In this document: piece by piece, positions 34,714 to 47,230 of the stretch
Position numbering within the stretch: position 1 is the stretch's first letter
Layout of the letters: each line of letters begins with the position of its first letter
From: Takakia lepidozioides
Taxonomy: Eukaryota; Plantae; Bryophyta
Reading direction: 5' to 3'
Length of the DNA stretch: 64,000 nt
Assembly: GCA_030704615.1 (NCBI GenBank)
Contig: CM060731.1
Coordinates: 73,346,001-73,410,000 of the forward strand
Position numbers and translations under genes: made by a program
The notes under the pieces: generated by a model
What the model saw: the letters and a program-made list of their open reading frames with translations, nothing else
Told to the model about the DNA's origin: nothing
Databases searched by the model: none

Positions 34714-37700
34714 TTAATCTTGAAAATCATCCGAATCCTCATCATGTTCTAGACTGTCATGCTCCGCCTCCACCCCCTCATTGCCTTTCTCATCTCCAGC
34801 GGACTGCTCGTTGGCCAGGCTTTCGAAAATCCCATCTTCCCCTTGCGGAACTGTCCATCTCACCTCCGTTGGGTCGTCTTCCTCCCTGTCTGCGTCGCTC
34901 TCATCCGCTGAATCACATATGTACTTTCGTACCCGTCTACCTGTCTGAGCTGCTGCCAACTCTTTCCTTATCCTTCTGTCCTCCCTAGCCCTCTCCAAAA
35001 TCTGCTCTACTTTACTGGGATTCTCACTTCTTCTAATTGCTGTATTTGCGAGTTTAGCTGCATAACTAGGAAGGGAGTAGTCCCTCACCGGGCTCGTCAT
35101 GAAGTCGGCCCTCGCAAAGAACGGGACATTCTTCATGGCAGGAAGTGTAGGCCCTACATGTTTCGACCCGGACCCTGTAATCCTGCACATGACAATCATC
35201 AACGAGACTAATGAGAACCACAGTCCGGAAATTCGTTTGACAAAAATGACCCAGAAGGCTTTGCAAACTTAGAAGGCTTTGCAAACTTGCAATGTTTGCA
35301 CTCACTCGTATTCCAGGTTCTCCTCCGCATCAATGTCCACTGTGTCTTCCTCGGACTCCAACGAATCCGAGGAGACTTCCGCTCTGTTGGGAGCCTTAAC
35401 ATTCCGTTGCAGCCCTTCCAGATGGGATCCCCACACGGATGAATCCTCCTCGTAGGCAAAGAGGTGCCGGTCGGAAAACCGCCCAGCCCACATTGAGGCA
35501 CCTGTTACAATGCCATCCACACATTACAACATGGCGCTTCAGATGTTGCGAACTACATCCTAACGAGAATTTGCAGAACAGCATAGATCAAGATTCTGCA
35601 TACCTGTCCCACAGATGAGGTCGAGCACTGTGCCCTCCACGTCTGTGCATGTCTCCATAATTGTCTGAATGAAGGCAGGGCTCCGAGTCCGTGAGTACCG
35701 CAGGGGTTCCGTTGAAGTGAGGCTATGAGGGAGAAGTTCCTTGGGAACGTTGTTGAACAAACGTCGTAATCGAGGGGGTCGCAGTTCGGGTCAACCTTTC
35801 CTCCCTCCTTCCTGAAAGCAAAGGTGGAGTTCTCCTTCACAAAGCAGTATGCATCGAACTGCTTCGTCTGCATACACAGGGGGAACGATTAGAAACCGAA
35901 TGCGGCACCGCATTTGAAAACACCCAAGCAAATGAATGGACGAGTGCCAGTGTCGTAATCACCTTCTTCCCTTCCGACCGAAGGCCCAGTGTGTTGATGC
36001 ACGTCCACTTCTTTTTCAGAATCGGGACGGCGCTCTTGCGGGTCCACTTCGCAATTCCTGTCTGAGTGTTTTTTCCTCTGCTCGCCAGGACAACCACACA
36101 GCCTCTGTCGTCCAACACCATGCGGGCAAGCCCGAATCCTTTCTTCCAAAAGTCCTCCGAGTACCTGTTCCAAGATGGCAAAGCTTGCAGTCCTTCCACA
36201 GGCTCTCCGTCCGGAATATCCAAGATGATCATATCGCAAGACCACTCGGTGGCATTTCCGCCCCTCCTACAATCCTTGTCTGCACACACCCTCTCAAAGA
36301 ACGAGACCATATTCTGAAATCCTGGGGTGTCGGAAGGCTCTTCGGCAGTCGCCTTCTTCAGTGCTCTGCCCTTCAGACCCTCCATGGTCTTCATGTATGC
36401 CAACTTGGCTGCCCGTCCATCCAAAGCCGCCAAGAAACTCTCATTTACACACTGGACTATTGTTTCGGGAGCCACTTTCGGCCTCTTCATTTCCACCGGC
36501 TCGAAAGGGTGCCCCCCTGGGGGGTTGAAGAGTGCCTTCTTTGCCGAGCCAGTTCTCGTGCCTCTCGTGACAACGGTGGGCACAGGGGAGGCAGCCTGCG
36601 TTTGGGGGTGTGGGCTGGTTGCAAAGTCTCCATCGGAGTCCTCTTCCTCACCCTCTTCCTGAACAGGCTGTTTCTGCTTCTTCGTTTTGGCGGGTGTCAC
36701 AACAGCTGCTCCTTGCTGGCGAGTCCTCTTCTTTGACCCCTTCTGTTGGGCCTGCACAGCTGCATCCACCGTCTTTTGTGCCATCTCAGCTGCCTTTTGG
36801 ATTCTTCCAGAGCAGCAGATTCCTTTGCCGACTTTGGCCCAGCAGGGACACGTCTTTCCTTTCTCTTCTCTTCTGCCAAGGCGTGCAGATCTTTCTCAGA
36901 CTCGTCAACAATACCGCCAGACATATCCAGGTACCAGGGGCATCCAACGAGATGCGCGGGATGCCATTGTTTCTGCATCTCGGGTGTGTAGACACAGCTT
37001 GGGCCCGCCACGGTCCAAGCCATGAAGAACGGGGGCTCTTGAGCCAGGGCCCCTGTCTGAAGGAGCACGTATTTCATATACCTGCAAGGCAGTCAGCATG
37101 CGTGAGCATAAGATTGGACGAACCTACTCGCAGAGTGCCACCGAAAACATAAAATGCGAATGCGGTGCCGCATTTCCGAGACAAACCTCGTAACCAGGCT
37201 TCGCATACAAGGGCAGTTGTGCTTCACCTGTAAACAATTCGCATTGCAGCTTTCCCCGCTCCCTCCTGATGTGTAAACTCCACGCTCCTTCTTGCTGTCT
37301 GTAGCTCTCTGGCGAAAAGGTTGTCCTTGTACGCACATCTGAAACGTGTCACGTAGTCTTCCAATGTCTGTGTTCCATCCCATTTGACGTACAAGCCGAA
37401 TGAATTTGTGTGCATTACGACTTGCTCCTTCGCATTCGACATTACCTGCGATTCCCAAATGCATTGTCACGTAGCAGTTCAGGGAATTCATTTCAGAAAA
37501 GCAAATCTGGGGAAGTACCTTGAATTACCTGGAACCACCAAGTCATGCGGTTGAGCCACACATCCACTGCAGGGTCGGAAACTTCGAGTGGAAAAGACCA
37601 CATTGTCCTTATGCTCTCGGATGCATTCCAGATCGACAGCCACCGTGTCTGCCATTTCCGATCCAATGTCAGGAGCTGGAGGAGAGTGGCTATTGCTAGG

Positions 37701-39853
37701 AAGGAACTTCAGTGCATTGAAACCTCACCTTCTCTTTCGCCTCAACACATGCCGTTGAGAGGTGATGCAGTTTCTCCAATTGCATGGTCGGCTGCATGGC
37801 CCGAGAATAGTGTTTTGCAATCTCGGGGATGAAGTCCTTTCCAAGTGCCGGATCTGCAATTGCCACCAGCTTCACAAGCTTTGACTTGTATTTGGTTCTG
37901 GACTTGACACCGGCTTCCTTCAAGTGCTCAGTCAATGACTGCAACATTTTGACCTGCCCCTCACTTTCCATGAAGAAGCGTTTGGCACGGGCCAAATCCA
38001 GCTTGATGTTTGACTGCCAACAAAAACATGCAGAAGCGTTACATTCGATTCATGTGGAAAGATTACTGGAAATTGGGGAAGGATGAGCAGAGGGAAATTG
38101 GAGGACGACTTACTTCGTATATCACCTCCACCATTCCATCCATAGTGAGACGATACCATGTCCGGTCTGTTTTTGCAACGGCTTTCTGAATGAGCTCGGG
38201 CTCCAGCATTTCCGCAAACATCTGCGGATCAGTGAGACCAGTTTTCCTCACCCTGTACAGCATATGTGCCATGTGGGTATGCACGTACGCATTCTCAGTG
38301 ACCCTGCAAGGCACACTCTCCAGTTCAGTACACGGAAGCACGGAAATCAAACCAGAATGGAAACCGAAATGCGGCACCGCATTTCGAACGTGCTAGGGAG
38401 GGTATGAGTATCTTACGAGTTGAGGTCCGCCATGGCATTCTTGAGCAGGGAGGAGTCTGCCGCCTTCACCTTCAGGATGACACACTCCACCATGTAATGC
38501 CAGCCAATGTGCTTGGCATGGTTCTGCTTGATGTACTCCCACCAGGCAAGAAGTCGGTGATTCCCGTCCCACACAAAGAACATTTTACCCCACATATGGC
38601 CGAAGTCTGGATCACCCTTCAGCGTCGCCTCGAATTCGTCGTTGCGAGTGTGCCAGTGGGTATCCCACGTTGACAATTCATCGGCAGTGGGTCCACGAGT
38701 TTCGCCGTCCTCATTCTCAATGGAAACGTAAAACGCTGCCGATCCCAGACGGTACCCTTCTCGAAATGCGAACTTAAGCTTATCCACATCTCCGGGAAGG
38801 GCCTGCCTGACGATGGGAAGGGAGACCATGCGACAGAGTGGGATTCGAAGAGTCCGCTGGAATACCCTGCTGCCCAGAACTCTGCCAATGCTACTGTGTG
38901 TCTCCTCCAACATTTTATCCGCTGCACTTTTGAATCCTCCGGAGACATGTCTGTAGGTGCCGGTAGTGGCTGAGCACTGGAGCATCCTCAACTGGAGCTG
39001 CACTCTGGGGCCTGTCTGCGGGCAATTCTGCCATTGCAGAGGCCTCCTCCGGGCCTGCTTGCTCATCAGGGGTGAGGGCTTGCTGCGAACGTTGAGCGGC
39101 AGCACCCTCCTCCGGTACCAAATCGACAGAAACGGTCGATCCCATTGCCTTCGCAGTAGCAGAGTCGGCCCCAACATCTGCAGGCGGGAAATCCTCCAGG
39201 AACTGAGCTTCAGCTCGTGGAAGCGGTTTTGCGGGAGATTGTTCGGCCGTCGCCCTGATTGCCTTCTGCTTCCTCATCCTTGCAGGTGAAGGTGTCTGCT
39301 GCAATTGAATCTGTTTTTTACCCTGCTGCTTCATTCGCGTTGGTGGGGGTGAAACGGCCTGAGCCGGTTCAGAAACCAGTAGAGGGACGGGCTGCTTCTT
39401 CTTCTTCGACTTTGCTGGAGAAGGGCCCGACCCCTGCTGGCGATTCTCCATGACCGAAGAACGCGAGTCGATCTCTGGGGCTTTGAACTTGCCCTTCGAA
39501 GCCGCGTCTTTGAATCGCACAGGGCTAGGCCCGGCAGGAATACCCGCGCTCGGGGATCGGGTGGGTGTACGTGCTGCAGCTAGCTCCTCGGACTCTTCCT
39601 GCGGCTCTTCGGATTCCTGCGATCCCTCCAGCACGTCCACCTTTCCTGTTAGGCATGCAAACATGTTCTGCATTCAAGTCTCCTAGCATTCAGTCTAAGA
39701 ATTACAGAAGCAAAATGGGGGGTTCGGTGCTCGATCAGCTGCGCGCAGCCCGATCGCATGGAGCTCTCACTGGTGGCTGGGTTGCCTGAGTGGCCTGCTG
39801 CTCGGAGATGGCAATCTCCTCCTGTAGACGCATCTGCTTCCTCCCCTTGGCAT
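34714..39853 (-). pseudogene. ParB-like/MTase-like cargo gene, copy 2 (several frameshifts)
   Basis: Same exons as 7854-12975. Indels near 39845, 38980, 38935, 36797 and 35760. Confidence 0.8.
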
Positions 39854-40289
39854 TGGCCTACGTCCGAAGTATAATTTTTGGAGCTTGCGACGAGGTCTCC
39901 TGTCTGGTGCACGAACTCCCCCCCTCTCAGGTTCGAGCATAAGAAGAACAGAGAGAGGGAAAAGGGGCAAAGAGTGCAGATGGAAAGGGCGCGAGAGGGG
40001 TGACTGAGGAGACACGACAAAAGTAGATGAAACGGCGGTGATGCACCACTTGGGTTCGAAAGGGTTGGACGAAAGTGTCTCCTCGTGGACTTTGCGTCAT
40101 TACGAAATTCGAATCGTTCAGGGTACGCCTGCCGTCCGAAAAACAAACATCATTATCCAACGGTCAGGCCGCGCCGCCTCATGCCACTTCAGTCAGATAG
40201 AGTGCAGACATGTGCCGCAATTCCGTTGCTCCACGTGTTCACATTTCAAGGCATTTCCGTCCCAGCGTCTGATGAGTTGGAGTGAAAAT

Positions 40290-41790
40290 GCGAATGCGGC
40301 GCCGCATTTCCGTTAAGTACCATCACGAAGCTACACATCCGTACTTGTTGGAAGAAAATGCGGCACCGCATTTCCGTTCCACCTTCACATACCTTAGTTG
40401 TTGAACGGAAATACGGTGCCGCATTTCCGTCCCACAGCTCCATGTATGAGATACAAAAGGGAAATGCGGCGCCGCATTTCCGTTCTAGAATGTCGAAAGG
40501 TGCGATTCGGACGGAAATGCGGCACAACATTTGAATTCCCGTGGTTCATGATTTTCAATGTGACAGAAATGGGGTACCGCATTTCCGTCCCCCCTTCACA
40601 TACCTTAGTTGTTGAACGGTAATAGGGTGCCGCATTTCCGTCCCACAGCTCCCTATGTGAGATACAAAAGGGAAATGCGGCGCCGCATTTCCGTTCTGGA
40701 ATGTCGAAAGGTGCGATTCGGACGGAAATGCGGCACAACATTTCAGTTCCCGTGGTTCATGATTTTCAATCTGAACGGCAATACGGTACCCCGCATTTCC
40801 GTTCCCCCTTCACATACCTTAGTTGATGAACGGAAATGCCGTGCCACATTTCCGTTCGGGAAAGTATAGAGGTCTCACCTGAACAGAAATGCGGTGCCGC
40901 ATTTCCGGTCTGGAAAGTTTGAAGGTCTCACATGGATGGAAATGCGGGACCACATTTCCGTCCCACAGCTCCAAGCCTCATATACAAAACGGAAATGCGG
41001 CGCCGCATTTCCGTTCTAGAATGTCGGAAGGTGCGACTCGGACGGAAATGCGGTGCCGCATTCTGTTCCCGTTGTTCACGATTTTCAGTCAGAACAGAAA
41101 TGCGGTAGCGCATTTCCGTTCTGTAGAGTATTAAGGTCTGACCCTGGCGGAAATGCGGTGCCGCATTTTGTTCCACAGCTCCATGCCTCACATACAAACG
41201 GAAATGCGGCGCCGCATTTCCGTTTTGGAATGTCGGAAGCTGCGACTCCGACGGAAATGCGGTACCGCATTTCAGTTCCGATGTTTCACGATTTTTCATC
41301 AGAATGGAAATGCGGTGCCGCATTTGCGTTCTGGAATGTTGGGAGGTGCAACTCGGATGGAAATGCGCTACCGCATTTCAGTTCCGATGGTTCACGATTT
41401 TCAGTCAGAACGGAAATGCGGTACCGCATTTCCGTTCTGGATAGTAAATGAATGTCCAAGTGGTCGGAATTGCACTCCGGCTCCATGCATCAGATACAAA
41501 ATGGAAATGCGGCGCCGCATTTCCGTTCTGGAATGTCGGAAAGTGCGACTCGGACGGAAATGCGGTGCCGCATTTCTGTTCCCGTTGTTCATAATTCTCA
41601 ATCAGAACGGAAATGCGGTACCGCATTTCCGTACCACCTTCACATACCGTGCTTGCTGGATGGAAATGCGTTACCGCATTTCCGTTCTGGAGAGTATAAA
41701 GGTTTCCCCCGGACGGAAACTCGGTGCCGCATTTCCGTCGCTCTGGTGCATGACCAAGATGTAAATACGGAAATGCGGTGCCGTATTTCC
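40290..41790. repeat. Main 53-bp palindrome array in MULE copy 2
   Basis: Same repeat; includes a ~211-bp internal tandem duplication. Confidence 0.93.
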
Positions 41791-41901
41791 GTCCACCAGC
41801 AATCGAAAGAATCACTCGGGACGGGAAATCTGGAACCTGAATGGGTTGCATTGTTCCGAAACAACACAATTGCGGCTTGTCTTGATGAGCACAACTTGAT
41901 G

Positions 41902-44900
41902 AGACACCATCCTGTACCGAGCTGTGGGAATGCCCATTCCCTTTCTGAATCAGTCGCTGCCCACACCATCCACAAAGGAGTCCGGAAACCGAGAGGCGGC
42001 CACTGCCAACAGAGAGGTATGCAACGATAATCATTCCCGACCTGGACCGTCAAGACCCTCCATAGCTTCTCATGTGGACGTATTCGACATTTCCGACGAG
42101 GAAGATGATTGCATTGAGGTACCCATGTCCTCCACACGGTCGTTCAAATCCGGCATGGACGTCTCTGTAGGTGCTACACATGTGCCCTCGAGCATAACTC
42201 CAACTCGGTCCATTGTGCAGCTCCTACGACAACATCACCTCGATGGTTCTCGCTCCGAGCTGGCTGCTCTCGACTATGCCAAATTCCCCAGTCAGAAAGG
42301 TAACGTTTCTGCCTCTCCCGAAGTCGATGGCAATGTCATCTTCGAGTTTCCACCTGTTTCTTCGTCAAACAAAGCCTCCGGGATGTTAACAGACATGGAT
42401 CGAAAGCATGACGGACACCCCTGGTGTGTGACCAGGACCAGTAGCACGAAAATTGCTGATGGTGTTCGTGTACGATATGTCCTCTGTGCGGGGAAGCTGA
42501 GGTGCCTCAATCCCACCTGCTTCCACTTTCTCTCCAAGGAGGGCGGAGAAACGAGACGGATTGGACTGGCACAACGCATCATCCATTCATTGTCTCCAGC
42601 CAAGCTCCTGCGGGTTCTTTCAAGTGTGCACATTGCAAAGAACCACCGACGTGCATGTCCATGTGCAGAGCCAAGCAATATTACGTAATCCATTTGCTCC
42701 CGGACTTGACTAGAGCTTGCATACATGTTGGGGTCCACTGCCACCCCTTGGCGAGAGGCAACATGCGTGAGGCTGTGCAGGAAGCACACGACATCATAAA
42801 AGAGGAGGTGAAATTGAGCCCCGGAGCCAGACCAAAGCAGATTCAGCTGAAGGCAGCCACAAGATTGCTCTTGGCAAAATCATGTCTGAAGATGGTTCTG
42901 ACCGAGAGCCCTTGACCGGAGACGAGATGCGTGACCTCTTGGAGTCCGTCTCGCACGTTTGTAGTCCGAATGTGCGGAATCACATCGTATCTTGCAAGCA
43001 GGAATTCGGCAAGGGGTCGGACATGTACTCAATCCTGGAGGTGAAACGAATGACTAGATATGACTACATCCAAGGTAGCAGGTTTCCAGGGCAAGGCAGC
43101 AAATCCGATCGTTGTTACATTTTCAAAATGTCGACGTGTGGGCCTGGGAGTGGAGTCGACTTGGTACTCGCATGACAACTGGAAACTTGTCGAATGCTTG
43201 GGTGATGTTTGATCACATCAAGCGAATTACAAACCATCAGTGGGTGACTATGGGTGCGCATGTTTATGACTATCACTCCAAGAGGCTCATGACGATTGCA
43301 ATCTGCGAGATGAAAGGGGAGGACACACAGTCCGAGATGCATCTGTGGGAGGGCATAACGAGCAGATGGCAAGGGCGGGATTGCTAGAGCCAATTTCAGG
43401 GGATTCATGGCAGACACGCTCAGGCCAACTGGGCAGCGGTGCCGCGTGTGTACGGTGAGGACCCCAATGTTCCAATGGAGGGAAGAGAGATCCTGTGGAT
43501 TCCATTGGATGCAGAGTCTATCCCACTACACAACCAAATTTGTTGCTAGCTCATTCCAGGCTGAACACCGTGTCCTTTGTACGGCGTGGAAGGATGCACC
43601 CACATTGATGACGCGGAGGTAAAGTTTGCTATCATCGAGGCTTGGTGGAACACGTCTGGTGCAGTGGAGACAACCAATCTGGGAGCATTGCACAGCTGGT
43701 TGGGGTGGTGGCATTTTCGGTAATCGACAGTTCGACAGTACATGCGGGAGGTAGGCTGCTGTCAATTTCGTTCATTTGTCTTTCTGTTACGGACATTTCG
43801 ATTGGTCCCTCACCATTGTTTGTGTCCTTCTAGGAGCGTGCTTGGATTCCGACACGGACATGCCGAACACGAATATGGCAGAATCGGTCCACTCCTCCTG
43901 CGAGCGTCTTCTGCCGCACATCTGGTGGACGTAGTGACAGCCACAACGGAGGACATCGACAGAGCAATCATGCAGCAAGCCACGTACTACAAGTTCCTAA
44001 GCGGCAAACAATGGGGCTTTGGGCCGGACAGGGAGGAATTGTTGGTACGAACAGCTTCGAGGTCCAAGAATCACTGAAATGGGCGACAGCATTGCGAGAG
44101 AAGATCAAAGGGACGCCTCTGCACCGCAGAGGTGAACACCTAGAGTGGGACGTCCGGACTCGCCCTGTGAGGCGGAGGATTGAAGAGGAACCTGGGTGCG
44201 AAGAGGATTCCTAGAGATCCGACAGGAACATTCGGACAGCACCTCGAGGTCCCGTCATGTTGCCGCACAATGTGTCTTCCAGCAGTGGAAGCCCAAGAAA
44301 TTCCAGATCGCCGTCGCCTTCAACCGGGGATTTCGTGCGAGAAATTCCCACCGCTCCCTTGCCCCAGATTCCGCCCGCTGTTATGCAGTATGGCCAAGCC
44401 ATTGTGGAGACGACTGTGTCTGCATCACAGTGGAGAATTGCTCGCACAAAGCCGTCGTTTCGAGGAGGTGTTCCGCAATTCGTGTGGATACACGGCAACG
44501 TTGTTTAGAGATGATAAGGAGGAATCCAGATGGGGCTGTCCCTGCTCCTACTTTTACATGAAGATTTGTCCATGTACAGTCTGCAGTACTTCACAATTCT
44601 GTCTTCTTCGGGTATTCGGCGGGAAAGGTTTGCAACTGAACTGGGAGACAAGGTGCCGCATAAGGGTTGGCACGTGCGAAATTTCGGAGCGGTTTGGTGT
44701 TGGCGAAGGCCGCCTCTACCAGTACCTACGACGATACTTGAAATGCGGCGCCGCATTTCCTGTCGAGGTCGAATGAGGAAAGCAAGTTTTCGGAAAGCAG
44801 AAAAACATGAACCCTCCACATACAAAAATACATGCACGTGGAAACAAGTGAACGATATAGTAATATCTTAGTTCGAGCAAAACAGGTTACTGGTAGGCAA

Positions 44901-45668
44901 GACATATGTCGGACCTTTCTGTGGCCAGAGTCTGAGGTACTGACAGCAGTACAGTTCTACTATCCGAAAAGGATGGGCGTACCATTGTATTGGGACCGCA
45001 AGCCAAGCTCACTGGTCCCCTGGATCCATATTCAGAAGAGTGTGAACCTCCTTGGGGCTCAACCCTGGTGCATGTATGAAGTGATGAGTTGTGGAATTAC
45101 AACGGAGTCTCTTTAGGTACACGTAGTACAAATGCTTGCAAGGGCAGTATGATGCCCCCTTGTTCGCCATGATCTGGAAGTCGTTGCAATTGCAGGTGGG
45201 TAATTCTGAAATGGTGATGGTGTACGTACACCTCATTGCGAACAGCTGAGCCTGCCGTGGCCATCTGATACACACGCCCAAATCCTGGGGGGGCACTTCT
45301 GTCGAGCTCTGGATTGTACAGTTCATCCGAAGTGCATTCCCCATCCTTGTCTCGTTCACTTTTGAGGGAGGTCACCGCCTCTTCGGTTTCCCCGAGCTGT
45401 CGTGTCCCATTGTTCTTGCTCTCATAGGGGTCGGTGGTGGAGGCTGTGGAAGCGGAAATGGTTGTCTGGGGATGTCAGTGCGCTGCACATCCGAAATCCT
45501 GCGGCGGTAAGGGTGTTGGCCTCAACCTGACTCGGATCGCAGCCTGGTTCCACCGGCCACACCGGGGGAGCCTCTGGCATTGTTTGTATGCCGTACTTGG
45601 GGCTTTCCCATACACGCAAGTATAATGTCGTGCCTGCAAAACCAGAACTGGGTGGTTGTCGCCTCCGC
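41902..45668 (+). pseudogene. Transposase of copy 2: 5'-deleted, frameshifted, 3' part (44573-45668) inverted
   Basis: Junction at ~41900 skips copy-1 ~5049-5610. The SWIM exon lies on the opposite strand. Confidence 0.9.
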
Positions 45669-46730
45669 AGACTCCATTGGTTCAATCGCGGCAAAAGGGT
45701 CAGCTTCATTCCAATGTTAAGGCATGTAAAACCGCGGAATACTCTATACAGGCCAGTATGCGACGTCCTTTTGCAGTGGTATACTGGATTTCCCGTTGCA
45801 CGGTCACTTATTTCCATGAGCGGATCTAAAAAACCATGAGCGGACTTGTTACTGACAACATATCTTCGCCGCATTACATGATCTGGAACGTCCAAAAAAC
45901 GGCAAGGTCAAATAAAAAACTATTATTGTTAATACTTGTTTAATCTGCCTCTGCCGCATTTCCAAATTTGGAGGAGTCCACTCATGAAATCCGCGTATCT
46001 TAGACTTCGGCTCACCGCTCATGCGGCTCATGGCTCATGGCTCATGGCTCATGGTTTCTGCTCATGAAATAGTAAACCTCATTGAGAGGAAAGGCCGAAG
46101 TTTGAAACAAATCATAATGTTACGGATGTCAAGCACACATATGTTACAGGAATATGTTACAGGAATCCCACTTGGAAGAAATGGAATTGAAAGAAACTAA
46201 CTTACAATTAAGCTGGAATAGGGGACATTCAATTGTGACTGCAATATGGAATAAATGGAATGGAATAAATCAAAATCACAATTAAACTGGAAATCTCAAA
46301 AGTTGTGGATCATTGAATTGGTTTCAAAAATCATGAAGAATACTTTATTATTCAACAGTGAAGAACGAAGACGCAGACATCGTTGGGGTTTAAATGTACT
46401 GTCATATATGCCTGCCTAAAACTGAGATGAAGGATTATATCATGGTGATTCAAGACACCCCCAGTGAATCTCTTGAAAACTTATCGGGTACCCAGAAAGT
46501 GATCCTACTGATTATTGTGGGTATTCAATGGAACCACATGGAGATTCTGAACTGGTTCAAATACACTACGGTGAGCCCGTGAATAATCTTTCTGTTTCTG
46601 ATGATTCCGAATGGTCGGAACTTACAGTTTACGTAGGTGTGTATTGTGCCAAAAATGAGGCCAATGCAACCGACCCGGGTCTGAGGTGGCTAAAGTATCC
46701 TATTGGTGAGTATTATGGGGATCCCGGAGT

Positions 46731-47230
46731 NNNNNNNNNNNNNNNNNNNNNNNNNNNNNNNNNNNNNNNNNNNNNNNNNNNNNNNNNNNNNNNNNNNNNN
46801 NNNNNNNNNNNNNNNNNNNNNNNNNNNNNNNNNNNNNNNNNNNNNNNNNNNNNNNNNNNNNNNNNNNNNNNNNNNNNNNNNNNNNNNNNNNNNNNNNNNN
46901 NNNNNNNNNNNNNNNNNNNNNNNNNNNNNNNNNNNNNNNNNNNNNNNNNNNNNNNNNNNNNNNNNNNNNNNNNNNNNNNNNNNNNNNNNNNNNNNNNNNN
47001 NNNNNNNNNNNNNNNNNNNNNNNNNNNNNNNNNNNNNNNNNNNNNNNNNNNNNNNNNNNNNNNNNNNNNNNNNNNNNNNNNNNNNNNNNNNNNNNNNNNN
47101 NNNNNNNNNNNNNNNNNNNNNNNNNNNNNNNNNNNNNNNNNNNNNNNNNNNNNNNNNNNNNNNNNNNNNNNNNNNNNNNNNNNNNNNNNNNNNNNNNNNN
47201 NNNNNNNNNNNNNNNNNNNNNNNNNNNNNN
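46731..47230. other. Assembly gap (500 N)
   Basis: Run of N. Confidence 1.

Larger units (their letters stand above)
31424..46080 (+). mobile_element. MULE copy 2, inverted relative to copy 1, non-autonomous (deletion plus internal inversion in the transposase)
   Basis: Same TIRs. TSD ATTGAGAG(G) at 31416-31423/4 and 46081-46088/9. Near-identical to the reverse complement of copy 1. Confidence 0.93.
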
